Below, piece by piece: positions 49,101 to 62,125 of a stretch of DNA of 64,000 nt. The notes under the pieces are model-generated. The model had not been told where the DNA came from. It saw only the letters and a program-made list of their open reading frames with translations, and did not search any database. The position numbers were made by a program, and so were the translations under genes. Source of the DNA: Takakia lepidozioides. Its lineage: Eukaryota > Plantae > Bryophyta. Every line of letters starts with the position of its first letter. The first letter of the stretch is position 1. The DNA lies in contig CM060732.1 in NCBI GenBank assembly GCA_030704615.1, forward strand, positions 48,918,001 through 48,982,000, in the 5' to 3' direction.

Positions 49101-49700
49101 CTATGATAGGAGACTTTGCGGCAGTGCCTTGTAATCTCTTCATCTCCTCTACCAGTCCGTTGTACATTATGTCCGCCCAAGCGACCTCTTCTCCTCTCAG
49201 GGCTTTGAGTATTTCATCTGTGAAGGATCTGCTCAAATACTGTTGGTTCTGTTTCATGGCAAACAGAACGTTCAATACCTGGCCTACCTCTCTTAGCCCT
49301 GGGTACACGGCCTTGGTACAAGCATAACCCTGAGTTTTAAAGAAACTCCCTTATTGGAATAAGTCCCATATTTGCAGTCTTGCCCTGTGCTCCTCCACAT
49401 GCACCTGACCTGATGGCAATTCAAACAATTGTTGTAGGTATAGGGGAGTAACTTCTAATTCAACTCCCTTCACCGTTGTTGCTCCTATCCTAGGCTCAAA
49501 GTTCTGCAAGAATTGTAACATGTACTGCCTATGGTGCAATGTCCAATCTTTGCTTTGCAATCCTTCTAATCGCAGCTCCTTCAGTAACTGTACCGCCTGT
49601 GGAGTAGCAATCGTTTGTTTCTGCAAGATTGTGGTGCTCTTCACCCTGATTTCTTCCATTCCTCTCACTCTCTTCATTCTAGACCCACAGAAAGGTTTTG
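46127..49700 (-). pseudogene. Gypsy-B downstream extra ORF (~1,150 codons, coiled-coil rich), broken by stops
   Basis: Chain of same-strand ORFs 49351-49893, 49069-49308, 48398-48907, 47660-48364, 47033-47557, 46676-47029, 46127-46642 between integrase and PPT. Confidence 0.7.
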
Positions 49701-50106
49701 GCTGTAACAATTGAAGAAATGCTTGCAGGGCACAAAACATAAACGTATGGTTGCCACAAAATGCTATGGGTAATTTCTTGTAAGCCTGCGGGGCTTGCAA
49801 GCATCGATTAAGAGAAAAGATACTTTCTGTTCTTCTATCCCCGTGCCACTGCGTAAGTAGTATCGCGAGCGTATAGTCTGTTAGTTCCTCCATAGCTTCA
49901 AAGCTATAGCATTGATGGTCTGTCCCGTCGAGACGCCCGTTACTTGGAACGACGCCGACTCTTGCGCTTAAAATCCCTCCAATTTCTTGATCCTGCTTCT
50001 AGCTTATGATTGGCTGTAACTGCTGTGACTGGATTTTAGCTTTAATTTCCTTCCATGGATTTTCCACTCTGGACTGTCCACTAGGATAGCACATGTGACA
50101 TGGATT

Positions 50107-51916
50107 TCACTTTTCGGTATTTTTAAAGGGTTCCGTTACCCTTTCCCCGTATCCATTAATGGGCCCATAATAAGTTAATGTGTCGGGTAGGTACTTTGAC
50201 GGCCAATTTTGTCTTTTTCCTTGATGACACTCGCCTTTGCAATCCATGTCCGGCTGCGTGTCTCGCCCTGGCGTCCACGTGTCCATTTCTAAACGTGCTT
50301 CCGTCCACTTTTCCGCCGGCCACTGTCCGGATGTTAACCCATGTCCACCTGTCACGGATTCTATGGACTGTGTAACCCCAGTAGGTTGTGTTGAGCTGTG
50401 ACAGGCTGTGTCATACTGTGGTACGCTGTGATAGGCTGTGTGGCACTGTGGTAAGCTGTGATAGGCTGTGACACGCTGTGGTAGGTTGTGATAGGCTGTG
50501 TGACACCGTGATGGGCTGTGATAGGCTGTGCCACACTGTGATGGGCTGTGATAGGCTGTGTCGCGCCTTGATGGGCTGTGATAGGCTGTGTCACGCCTTG
50601 ATGGGTTGTGATAGGCTGTGTCGCACCGTGATGGGCTGTGATAGGCTGTGTCACGCTTGTACTGCCCGCCCTGGTCATATATGCTCGTCCTAGCGACAAG
50701 TGCTCCATACTCCGTTGGTATCACTGGCGCAGCCCGTGACTGATTCTGCGTTTCAACATGCAAATCATGTTGCAATGGTTTGTCATGGATACCACTGTAC
50801 CCCTTCAACTTATTGGCATTGACTCTTCCCAGCATCTCTTTGTTAATGGTTTGTAACATGGCGGTGTTGTTATCATACATCTTCTGTATGACATAAGGTC
50901 CTTTCCATGGTGATTTAAGCTTAGAAGCTTTAATCTTTCCCTTCTTCTGCAACCAGAGAACCAAATCTCCCGTCTTAAAAGTCTTTAACTTGCCTTCATC
51001 AAACTGTTCCTTTCTCTTCATCTGAATTCTGGTCATGTTATCAGCTGCATCAGCACGTATTTCTTCCACATGGTATAATTCATGTTTCCTGACCTTAATT
51101 GAATTTTGCAATTCCATTCTCTTTCCCCATTCCGTTCTCATGGTAGGTAACAGGAATTCCATTGGAAGTAAAGCTTCCATACCATAAACTAATTGGAATG
51201 GTGTATACTTAGTGGTGACTTTATATGAAGTCCTGTATGACCACAAAGCTGTCAGCAGCTTTGTATCCCAATCCGTTCTGTTTGCATTGACTATCTTAGC
51301 CAAGATAGTACATAGTATTTTGTTGGTAGCCTCTGCCTGCCCATTACCCTGTGGGTAATACGTTGTACTCTTCCTATGCACAATCATGAACTCTTTAGTC
51401 AATAATTCAATGGTCTCATTAATGAAGTGACTTCCCTGATCACTGATAAATTCCAAGGGACAGCCAAATCGTGTAAGTATGTTCTCATACAGGAACCTTG
51501 TTGTGGACTTGGCTGTGTTGTCCCTCAAAGCTTTAGCTTCCACCTACTTCGTAGTATAATCAGTGGCTGTAATTATGTACCTGTTCTGTGTATTCTTGGC
51601 TGGTGGGTTAATTGGTCCAACAAAGTCTAGTCCCCATTTCTGAAATGGTTCCGTAGGCATTGTAGGATGCAAAGCCATCTTCCCAGATCTCTGCAAAGGT
51701 CCTTGCCTCTGACATTCATCACAACTCTGACAATACTTGTGTACATCTTTGAACAAAGTAGGCCACCGGTAGCCTGCTAGTAGTATCTTCCTACTGGTAG
51801 TCTCTTCTCCAAAATGACCTCCAGCCACTCCTTTATGAACTTCCTCCAAAACTTTATTTACTTCATGGTGCTACAAGCATCGCTTCAGCACTCCATTTGG
51901 TCCTAGCTTATACATT
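50107..51916 (-). pseudogene. Gypsy-B integrase
   Basis: ORFs 51544-51849 and 50107-51543 separated by one stop; DDE and GPY/F motifs; no chromodomain. Confidence 0.9.
50390..50655. repeat. 30-bp minisatellite (~9 units) in the integrase tail
   Basis: ATAGGCTGTG..ATGGGCTGTG period; encodes (HSPSRRDTAY)n. Confidence 0.92.
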
Positions 51917-52919
51917 TGTTAGAGGACTGTCTGGGACTTAGGCACTTTTACGGGATCTGTGGGGTACCCTTAATTTTGCACAGACTGAGACCAACAGGAG
52001 CCTTAGGGGTGACAACAGCGCACTTTGGGGGGGGGGGGGGGGGGGGGGGGGTTACACAGCCCGTTACAGTCCGACACAGCCCATCACAGCCAACACAGCT
52101 CGTCACAGTCCAACACAGCCCGTCACAGCCAACACAGCTCGTCACAGCCCGACACAGCCTGTCACAGCCAACACAGCTCGTCACAGTCCAACACAGCCCG
52201 TCACAGTCCGACACAGCCGACACAACCCAACACAGTCGCAAAGCCAGTCACAGCTTGACACAGCTGTCACGACCATAAGGAACGGATAGCAGGACAGGGA
52301 ACAACTGTGAGGAACAACATCTGCGAATGGAACATGTTAGTTCACGGATGACGGTTAGTGAGGGAAACGGTTAGAACAACGGGTAGGAAGATAAAGCCAG
52401 GAGCAATGACTGGAAAAGGGGGGATCACTTCTTGAGGGGACTTCGGACATCACTGGGGGGAAATGAGGCAGAGAGGCATCTCTGAGCAGAAAGAGGGAGA
52501 GCACGGAGTAGGAGGAGGACGATCTGTTGATGCTTGATGAATGCAAGCAGTAGAGTTGTAATGTAGAGCAGATTTGAGACTCCATGGCTTCAGCCTGATA
52601 CTTGATAGATATTAATCTGATACATACTTCATACTCACACTGTGTAGAGAGATCTGAGTGAAGCTGTGGAATGAATGGATGAGTTGATGGAATCCGATAG
52701 ATTGCTGAAGCAAACTGATACTTAATTACCAACAGTAAGGTAACTAGCTAACATGAATGCGGGAAAGGAAAACAAATAGGAAACACCCCCATGATACACT
52801 AGCTGTAGGTCATGACTGATTGTTCTGAGCGGGCTGAGTGCTTAGAGATTTCCAACTCTTCTATCTTGGAGTTTTCGCCTCGGATAGCGAAGGGATGGGT
52901 GAGTAAAAGTCGCGCGACA
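51917..52919 (+). repeat. Gypsy-B 5' LTR
   Basis: TGTTAGAG...CGACA followed by the PBS. Confidence 0.9.
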
Positions 52920-53526
52920 TTTGGCGACCATACTGGGGAACTGGGTCATGAACAACCAGATGTGACAGGCATCTGGTGGGATCATGGTGGTTGGAGAATT
53001 AAAGAATTTGATGTGAATTAAAGAATTTGATGTGAATCAAATTCCTTGTGAAACTGAGAAGGAAAGATTGTCCAAACGATTCTTTCAGAGGTTCTTGGAA
53101 TTGCCAGACGGTTGTAAAGAAAACATTCTTAAGAGAGTGCATGATGCTGACCCTGAATGGGGTTTGGAGAAAGGAGTGATAAAGATTTATCAGGTGGCCT
53201 GTAGAGGAAGAGCACGTTGGTTACCAACACTGGTTTATGTGATAGCATTGCTATCCATTAAGCGAGTAGAGTTTGAAGGCTGGGAGGAAAGAAAGGTGAA
53301 TGTTTTTACTCATATGCATGAAAAGCTTGTACTGGTAAAGAATTGGATTCCAAAGGATATTTTGTGGATCAAACTCACACCAAGAACAGCTTTCCAGACT
53401 TGTTTGCCATATGGTTATATGGTAACGGAGACTTCTAATATAGCCAAGGGTGCATTGAAGCTTGAAAGAAACCCAGGCATATACGAGAGATATTACAGAA
53501 GAGAGTTTTGGTTATTGCCACATTAA
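52812..53526 (+). pseudogene. Gypsy-B upstream extra ORF (frameshifted by a short tandem duplication at ~53000-53035)
   Basis: Homologous to 12157-12852. Confidence 0.7.
52922..52939 (+). other. Primer binding site TGGCGACCATACTGGGGA
   Basis: Starts TGG, 2 nt after the LTR CA; identical in the minus-strand copy at ~12725-12742. Confidence 0.8.
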
Positions 53527-53547
53527 AAGAAATGAAAGACATGGGAC

Positions 53548-56116
53548 ATGAGTGATGAAAGAGAAGGTAGACGCCAAAGATATTCAACAAAAAGAGAAAG
53601 TTATTTGAAAACTAATTATCCATATCTCTGGGAGAGAGGAATAGACATAGGGGAATCATCTGGACCTCTCACACCATTAAGATCAGAGAGTACATCACCC
53701 ATACCGGAAGAACTAGAGTTGGATGCCACTCCTTCTTTTTCTTTGCAAGAAAGATTAAGGGAATTGGTACGGGAAGAAGATCAATCACGAGGTGAAAGAT
53801 CTGAGGTACATCCCTAGATAAAAGATTTGACAGAAATCTTCGATAAGAGTTGGCATGGAACACCAAAAGCAGGAACTCCAGTTTCTGAAGCGGAAGGTGA
53901 AGAAGGAGGAGAGGATGTGGCAGAGCTAACGGAGAGTTCAGACTCTCCAACACCATTGTAGTTGAGTTACATGAGTGAAGAAGAAACCCAAGGGCAGAAC
54001 TTGGAGGATGAAAATAGAGAGAAGAAATTGGAAAATGAAGAGTATGAAGAAGTAGACCCAACAGCTGAGGTTGAGACTACAACCAGGACATCCCAACCCG
54101 TTGGACCTGGATCAAGTGGAGCACTTGGATCACAGGCCAACGAAGGTGTCGGCTCAGGGGGATCAGGCGGGCTGCCTGGATCTGGCTCTGGGGGGACAGG
54201 GAGTGTGGGAAGTAGTGCAACTGGAGCTGGGAATACTGTGAATATCGTGGGGCCAGTAGCAGGGAGTGCTCAAGGGCCACCACTTGGTGGAAGATCCACC
54301 ACAACAACAACAGGTCCTGAAGGACCAGCACCAGCAAGGGTGCAAACACCTGTCAGTGGGCAGAAGGTAGGGCCACAGATGGCGTTACCACCAACACGGG
54401 CAAAACCACCTTTTCCAATATATTCAGGAAAAGGGGATCCCGATGTACACATTAGCCAATTTGAGCACATGTGTATAGTGAACAATGAGAATGACGATGA
54501 TGCCAAGATGAGACTGTTTCCTTGTTCCCTTATCAAGAAGGCAAGTGAATGGTATGCAAGATTCCCTGATAATCATTTCCTAACCTGGAATGGCTTGAAT
54601 ACAACATTCTGAAATAGGTTCAGGACAAGTAAAACTGAGGATGAAGTGTATGGAAGTTTACAATAGTTAAAGCAAAAGAAGCATGAAACTATTGAGGAGT
54701 ATATGGAAAAGATGGAATTGATAATGAAAAAGCTGGCTGCTGTACCAGCACCAGGTTTACAGAAGACTTGGTTTGTGAGTGGACTAAGACCAGAGTTGCA
54801 GAAGAAAGTGGATATGTTATCCCATAATACAGGGGAGGAGGCATTTGAAACTGCAAACAGAATTGAGCAATTGGGAATGCTCAGGAGAGAGAAAATGGAT
54901 GATGAGGACTCTGAGGATGAGTCAGATGAAGAAGAAGAGCAAGAACTGAAAAGGAAGAGTAAGAGAAAGGAGAAGTTGAAGAGGGATAACTATGAGAAAA
55001 GATTAGAAGAAATCTTGAAGAAGTATGCCACAGAGGCTGCAACACATTGGAGGAATGGTGTTTGGTGTGCAAAGTGCCAGAATGAAGGCCATACCACCAC
55101 TGAATGCCACATGAAGAAGAAACACTGTACTATCTGTAAAATGGATAACCATTCTACTGAGAATTGTTACTACAACAGAAGAACAGCAGCTAGAGAACCT
55201 AGGCAAGTAAGGGTGCATCAAGTGCAGCCCCAGCCAAGAAGAAACAGTGATCAGGACCACTATGGTAGGCCTGGTGGTTATAACAATGGCATGGAAGGGA
55301 GAGGTAATTCAAGAGGGAATTACCAAGGAAATTCCAGAGGCAACTATCAGGGTAATCCAAGGGGGAATTACCAGCCCGGGAATCAGGATTACAGAAATAA
55401 TCCAAGAGCATACCAAGGGCGAGGACCCAATGGTGAAGAACTATGTTACTATTGTAATCAGCCAGGACATCGCAAGGCAGCCTGTTCATTCTTGATTAGA
55501 CACCAGAATGAGATGAGAGCTCCTGTGAATGAGGGCCTAGTGGTGGCAGCTCACATGGTTAGGCCATGTGTTGTACCAGAAGTAAGTACAATGACAGTAA
55601 CAAGAAGCAAAGCCAAACTAATACCTCCAGTAGTTGAGGAAGATGATGATAATGAAGGTGGCAGTGATATGCTTGAAGATGATGAGGCTTGGAGAGATGA
55701 GAAGGAACTGCACAAGGAAGTGGCAGATACCATAAGGGAAATGCAGAAGAGTACTGATATTCTTGTGGCAGATTCCTCTGATTCTGATGGAGAAGAAGAA
55801 GTGAGTGAGGATGAAGGGAAGAAAGAAGATACAGACATGCAAAGTAATGAAGGGACTTTGGCTGAAGTAATATGCTAGACCAAAGCAGAGATTACCATTG
55901 GACAACTATTGGTTGTGGCACCTTATTGTAGACACAGGCTGTATCAAGCAATCAATCGAATTGCCCAGGAGACAGGAAACACAGACCTGAACAGCAAGGT
56001 GACCAGTTATAATGTGAAGCCGGAAGGGTGAGAAACAGTCATGGACTTTGATGATTCTATGCCAGTAATCCAATTGAGAATTGGAAGCACAGAACTAACT
56101 GATGTACTTACAGATA
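53548..56116 (+). pseudogene. Gypsy-B gag and start of protease
   Basis: YSGKGDPDVHISQFE..RLFPCSL..ASEWY; knuckles CAKCQNEGHTTTEC, CTICKMDNHSTENC, CYYCNQPGHRKAAC; several stops. Confidence 0.88.
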
Positions 56117-56544
56117 GGGGGATGCTATTTCAAGAGCGGCATGAGCATGAGCGGAAAAAAAAAAAAAACATGAGCAGACCATTGTGAGTCCACGGAAATA
56201 GGGTTAGGAGGCACGGAAATAGGGTCATGTGAAGTTGGAATGTGGCACCAGTGGACTTGAAATGCAACATTTTATTGCAAATTTTGTGGCAAGCCACGTC
56301 TATACAAGTGTGTTCTAACTGTCATAGCCGGAATGGGCACTACTCTCCTACACCCTCCGAGGAACTTGCCCCACCTTCTTCCTCATCCCCCTCATCCCCC
56401 TCATCCTCCGAGCTTTGTGATGCATCAGTTCCACTATGCTTCTCAAAAATCTCGTCCTCTTGGGGGACTGTCCACCTCACCTCCTGGGAATCTTCTGCAC
56501 TCCCCCATCTTCTCCCCCAAATTTTGCGCGCCGATCTACCTGGC

Positions 56545-59375
56545 GGATGGAAATCCGGCGCCGGATTTCCATCCATCCGCTCTTCAAATTACCTGCATGA
56601 CTGGAAAAATGGCGCCGAATTTCCGATTTTGGTGCCAGCCACCCTAGGGACTTAGCCATTTTCGGCCCCGAAAAATGGCTAAGTCCCAGATCTGATAGGG
56701 CGCGGAACTGGAAAAATGGTGTCGAATTTCCAGTTGCGGTTCCAGCCACCGTAGGGACTTAGCCATTTTCGGGGCCGAAAATGGCTAAGTCCCAGATTTG
56801 ACTGGGCCCCAAACTGGAAAAATGGCGTTTTATTTTTTATTTTTTCCCGGCGCCATTTTTCTAGTTCGGGGCCGAAAATGGCTTAGTCCCAGATCTGACT
56901 GGGCCCAGAACTGGAAAAAATGGCGCCGAATTTCCGATTTTGGGTGCTAGTCAAATCTGGGACTTAGCCGTTTTCGGCCTCGAACTGGAAAAATCGCGTG
57001 TTTTTTTTTTTTTTTTTTTGTTTTTGTTTGGCGCCATTTTTTCAGTTCGGGGCCGAAAATGGCCAAGTCCCAGATCTGACTGGCACCAAAATCGGAAATT
57101 CGGCGCCATTTTTCCAGTCATGCAGTAATTCGAAGAGTGGATGGATGGAAATCCGGCGCCGGATTTCCATCCACCAGGTAGGTCGGCGCGCAAAATTTCC
57201 ATCATGCAGGTAATTCGGAGCGCGGATGGATGGAAATCCGGCGTCGTATTTCCATCCATCCGCTCTTCGAATTACCTCCATGACTGGAAAAATGGCGCCG
57301 AATTTCCGATTTTGGTGCCAGTCAGATCTGGGACTTAGCCGTTTTCGGCCCCGAATTGGAAAAATGGCGTTTTTTTTTTTGTTTTTTTTTTTTCGGCGCC
57401 ATTTTTCCAGTTCGGAGCCGAAAATGGCTAAGTCCCAGCATGCACTGGTACTGTGCCGGATTTCCATCCATCCGCTCTTCGAATTACCTCCATGACTGGA
57501 AAAATGGCGCCGAATTTCCGATTTTGGTGCCAGTCAGATCTGGGACTATGCCGTTTTCGGCCCGAACTGGAAAATTGGCGTGTTTTTTTTTTTTTTTTTT
57601 TTTTTTGTTTTTTGGGCGCCATTTTTCCAGTTCGGGGCCGAAAATGGCTAAGTCCCAGATCTGACTGGCACCAAAATCGGAAATTCGGCGCCATTTTCCC
57701 AGTCATGCAGGTAATTCGAAGAGCGGATGGATGGAAATCCGGCGCCGGATTTCCATCCGCCAGGTAAGTCGGCGCGCAAAATTTCCGTCATGCAGGTAAT
57801 TCGAAGAGCGGATGGATGGAAATCCGGCGCCGGATTTCCATCCGCCAGGTAGGTCGGCGCGCAAAATTTCCATCATGCAGGTAATTCGGAGCGCGGATGG
57901 ATGGAAATCCGGCGCCGGATTTCCATCCTCCAGGTAAGTCGGCGCTGCAAATTCGGTAGGGCGGCGAGCCAAATTTCCCTCACGCAGGTAATTCGGAAGC
58001 GGATGGATGGAAATCCGGCGCCGGATTTCCATCCGCGCAGGTAGGGCGGCACGCGAAATTTCCCTCACGCAGGTAATTCCGAAGCGGATGGATGGAAATC
58101 CGGCGCCGAATTTCCATCCAGCAGGTAAGTGGAATCCCGGATGGATGGAAATCCGGCGCCGAATTTCCATCCTGCAGGTAATTCGAAACCCCGATGGATG
58201 GAAATCCGGCGCCGAATTTCCGTCCAGCAGGTAAGTGGAATCCTGGATGGATGGAAATCCGGCACCGAATTTCCATCCTGCAGGTAATTCGAATCCCGGA
58301 TGGATGGAAATTCGGCGCCGAATTTCCATTCACCAGGTATTTCATCGCTCAGAATTACCTTCCTGCAAGTAATTCTGATCGATGAAGGTAGGAAGGTAAT
58401 TCCTCGCTCAGAATTACCTGCACGAAGGTAATCCATCGATCAGAATTACCTACAGGAAGGTAATTCTGAGCGATGAAATACCTGGTGAATGGAAATTCGG
58501 CGCCGAATATCCATACGCCAGCGATTCGACTTACCTGCTGGATGGAAATTCGGCGCCGGATTTCCATCCATCCGTGATTCGAATTACCTGCAGGATGGAA
58601 ATTCGGCACCGGATTTCTATCCATCGGGGATTCGAATTACCTGCAGGATGGAAATGCTGCGCCGGATTTCCATCCATCCGGGATTGCATTTACCTGCTGG
58701 ATGGAAATTCGGCGCCGAATTTCCATCCGGGGGATGGTCTCTGTCGGAGAGGTGCCGGCCTCTCCGCCGCTCTGTTGGATATTCGGTGCCGAATTTCGGT
58801 CCGGGGGTTGAAATATGACGGCCAGGTGCCGACCTCTCCCCCCTCCCCGACTGCATTGGAACAGCCCCGGATTGAAATTCGGCGCCGTTTTCCCATCTGG
58901 GGAGGTTTTTATGTCGGCCAGTTTTCGGTCTGACCCCCCGACATGACTTCCTTTGGGAGGGCCCGGATGGAAATTCGGCGCCGAATCTTCATCCAGGGGA
59001 TGCTCTCTATCGAACACGTGCCGACCTCTACGCCCGAGGCGACTTCATCCGGGCGTCCCCTGTTCGATATTCGGTGCCGAATTTCCGTCGGGGGTTGAAA
59101 TGTGACAGCCAAGTGCCGGCCTCTCCCCTCTCCCCGAGTGCATCCGAACCGCCCCGGATGGAAATTCGGCGCCGTTTTTCCATCTGGGGATGTTTTTATG
59201 CCGGCCAGTTTTCGGCCTGACCCCCCGACACGACTTCTTTGGGGGGGCCCGGATGGAAATTCGGCGCCGAATCTCCATCCAGGGGATGTTCTCTGTCGCA
59301 CACGCGCCGGCCTCTGCGCCCGAGGCAACTTCATCCGGGCTTCCCCTGTTGGATATTGCGTGCCGAATTTCCATT
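56545..59375. repeat. C2 palindrome arrays in copy 2, with inversion centre near 58410
   Basis: Same GGAAAT(T/C)CGGCGCCG(A/G)ATTTCC and GGGACTTAGCC motifs; ~58320-58360 mirrors ~58460-58500. Confidence 0.9.
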
Positions 59376-59660
59376 TGGGGGTAGTAATGTGACAGCACGG
59401 TGCCGGCTTCTCCCCTTCAGCCGTCATCATCCGGACGGCCCCCCACTTTCTGACTGCATACCGTTGGCAGTTATTGCGCAAAGACGAGGGGCCGCATTCC
59501 GGAGACAAGGTTCATTAACACTCTGACTGTGGATTTTTGAGATAGTTGGCTCCCTGGATTTGGATCAGGCTTCGTCGCTCGGACAAATCGGCATCGCATT
59601 CATTCCCATCGCTGCATCCCCCTTCTACCAGGGAGCTTCCCCGCACGCCATCCTGGCAGT

Positions 59661-61300
59661 CTTGCGTGGAAGCGCGCTCCCACCTTGGATGATGCAGAGA
59701 CACAGTTTGCATGCATACGGGCTTGGTGGACATCGTCAGGTGCTGTAAGGAAATCAGACGAGGGAGCAATGGTCAGTTGGCTAGCATGGTGGCATTATCG
59801 TTTCCTCCAGTTCGGCGACTATATGCGGGAGGTGAGTTGCACGAATTCGCGTCCCGTTGAATATTCTCTTGGCCATATTTGTAACTTGCTTGTAACCTGA
59901 ACATGTGCTTGTGCAGGAAATGTGTCTCGACTCCGACACCGACATGCCCACGACAAACATGGCCGAATTAGTGCACTCTTCCTGGCGTGCCTCCTCTGCA
60001 GCGCATCTGGTGGACATCCTCACTGCCACAACGGAGGACATTGTGAGGTCAATTATGCAGCAATGCAGGTACAACGAGTTCTTGAAAGGGAAACAGTGGG
60101 GCTTGGGGCCGGACAGGCAGGAAATGCTGATGCGGACTGCCTCTAGATCGAAGAATCCTCGGAAGTGGGCGGCGGCCTTGCGAGAGGGCCTTCGGGACGC
60201 TCCATTGTTGCGAAGAGGCTAACATCTGGAAGGAGATGTTCATACCCGTCCAGTGAGACAAAGACTTGACGAGGCACCTGGCGGAGAAGAGGATTCATGG
60301 CGAGCTGACAAGAATATTCGCACGCTCCCTCGTGGTCCGGTGATGTTGCCCGAGGAGGTCTCGTCGAGCACCGGAAGTCCTGCACGTTCAAGATCGCCAT
60401 CTCCTTTGAGCACAGGGCGCGTGCCCCGGCAACATAACGAGCCATCTGTAGTAAAGCATTCCCATTGTGGAGACAAGAGTGTCGGAGTCACAGTGGAGAA
60501 TTGCGAGGACATTGCCGGCATTTCGAGGGAAGTGTTGCGCCATCCGGGTGGATACGAGAGCACGCTGTGGTGAGATGATTCGGAGGAACCCACACGGTGC
60601 TGTACCCGCACCTTGTTTCAGCGGCAGATTTTTGACTCCCACATTTGCTCACGCCACAACACAGACATTTTGGTTCTGTAGGCACGATATAATGACCTGT
60701 GTATTTGGCAAGCCCAAGTACGGGATTCAGGGAATGCCGGAGCCTTCGGGCGTCTGGCTTGTTGCACCGGGTTGCAGCCTCTCTCAGAATGAGACGGATG
60801 CTCTATCTGCAGCAGGATTTTGAATGGTGCAACGCACAGACATCCCGGCCCACGCATTTCCGGTTCCTCAGACCCAGCCATTGCAGACTGCTCGGTCCAG
60901 TAGAGACGGATTGGACAATTCTGCACATCCCACAATGTGATTCGGAAGAGTGAAGAGACGACACCCTCCCAACAAGTTGAATGAGACTCGGATTGCTAAT
61001 GCTCTTGGGATGGCTTGCACTATTCAGAGCTCCGTGGACGTACCCCCACCCGGCCTTGGGCGTGTGTATCGGATGGCAACGGCCGGCTCGGCTGTACGCA
61101 ACGATGTATACACAATTACGATTGGAGTGGAGCCGACTTGCAATTGTACGGACTTCTCGTATTATCCGTGCAAGCATCTGTATTACATTTACCTGAAGAG
61201 GTTGAGGATGAACGTGACTATTGATGACTTTATTCATGCACCGGCGTTGAGCGTTAACGAGCTGCACAAACTCCTCCTTAGGGATTCCAGAAATCATTGA
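59661..61300 (+). pseudogene. Transposase 3' half in C2 copy 2
   Basis: Near-identical to 41636-43294, with stops and small deletions. Confidence 0.88.
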
Positions 61301-62125
61301 TGGGGCAAAGGGAATCCTCCATATGGATATTTTCAATTGCATTTTGCTGTATTAGACTTTTTTTTGCAGTGTAATGAAATGCACCCCAAAACTCCTGGAA
61401 TGAGGCAATATTCCATTCAAACTGAGATCCAACAGAAGCAGTTGTGGGGCCATTTCTGGAAAAATGGCGCCGAATTTCTCTTTTTGGGGCCGAAAACTGG
61501 CTAAGTCCCAACATGTACTGGTACCTGTGTCTGGGAAAATGGCGCCGAATTTCTCTTTTTTGGGCCGAAAACTGGCTAAGTCCCAACATGCATTGGTACT
61601 GTGTCTGGAAAAATGGCGCCGAATTTCTCTTTTTTGGGCCGAAAACTAGCTAAGTTCCAACATGCACTGGTACAGTGTCTCGAAAAATGGCGCCGAATTT
61701 CCCTATTTTCCGCAGAAAACTGGCTAAGTCCGAACATGCACTGGAAAAATGGCGCCAAATTACCTGTCATGAGGGGACCTATAGCCGCGGAATTCGACAC
61801 CATTTTTCGCCAGAGAGACCTATTACCGCGAAATACGTCGCCGTTTTTTCAGGTTACGGACCCTATTACCGCGAAATTCGGCGCCATATTTGCACATGTC
61901 GCTGGGAATTGACATGAGCGGAAGACGAAATATCATGAGCACAACTGTCAAAACTGCAATTTTCTCTTCAAGGGGCCGAATAATATATTTATTTTTCCTG
62001 ACACATTGCATTAAATTATTGTTTTTTATTGTTTTTTATTTTCGAAATTTGTACTTCTGCTCATGAAAACCGATTGTCTTACTACTCTGCTCATGCCGCT
62101 CATGCTCATGAAATAGCAAACCTCC

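Larger units (their letters stand above)
45079..51916 (-). mobile_element. Gypsy-B element, 3' portion (integrase, long extra ORF, PPT, 3' LTR), inserted in the LINE
   Basis: Integrase (HKGVAGGH..CDEC, WGLDF, SDQG, GQAE, GPY); PPT GAGAGGAGGAGGGGTAAA at ~46095-46112; LTR 45079-46094. Confidence 0.9.
56117..62125 (+). mobile_element. C2 copy 2, non-autonomous deletion derivative (6,009 bp)
   Basis: Both termini present; AGATA duplicated at 56112-56116 and 62126-62130; cargo and the GCM/DD region deleted, arrays retained. Confidence 0.94.
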
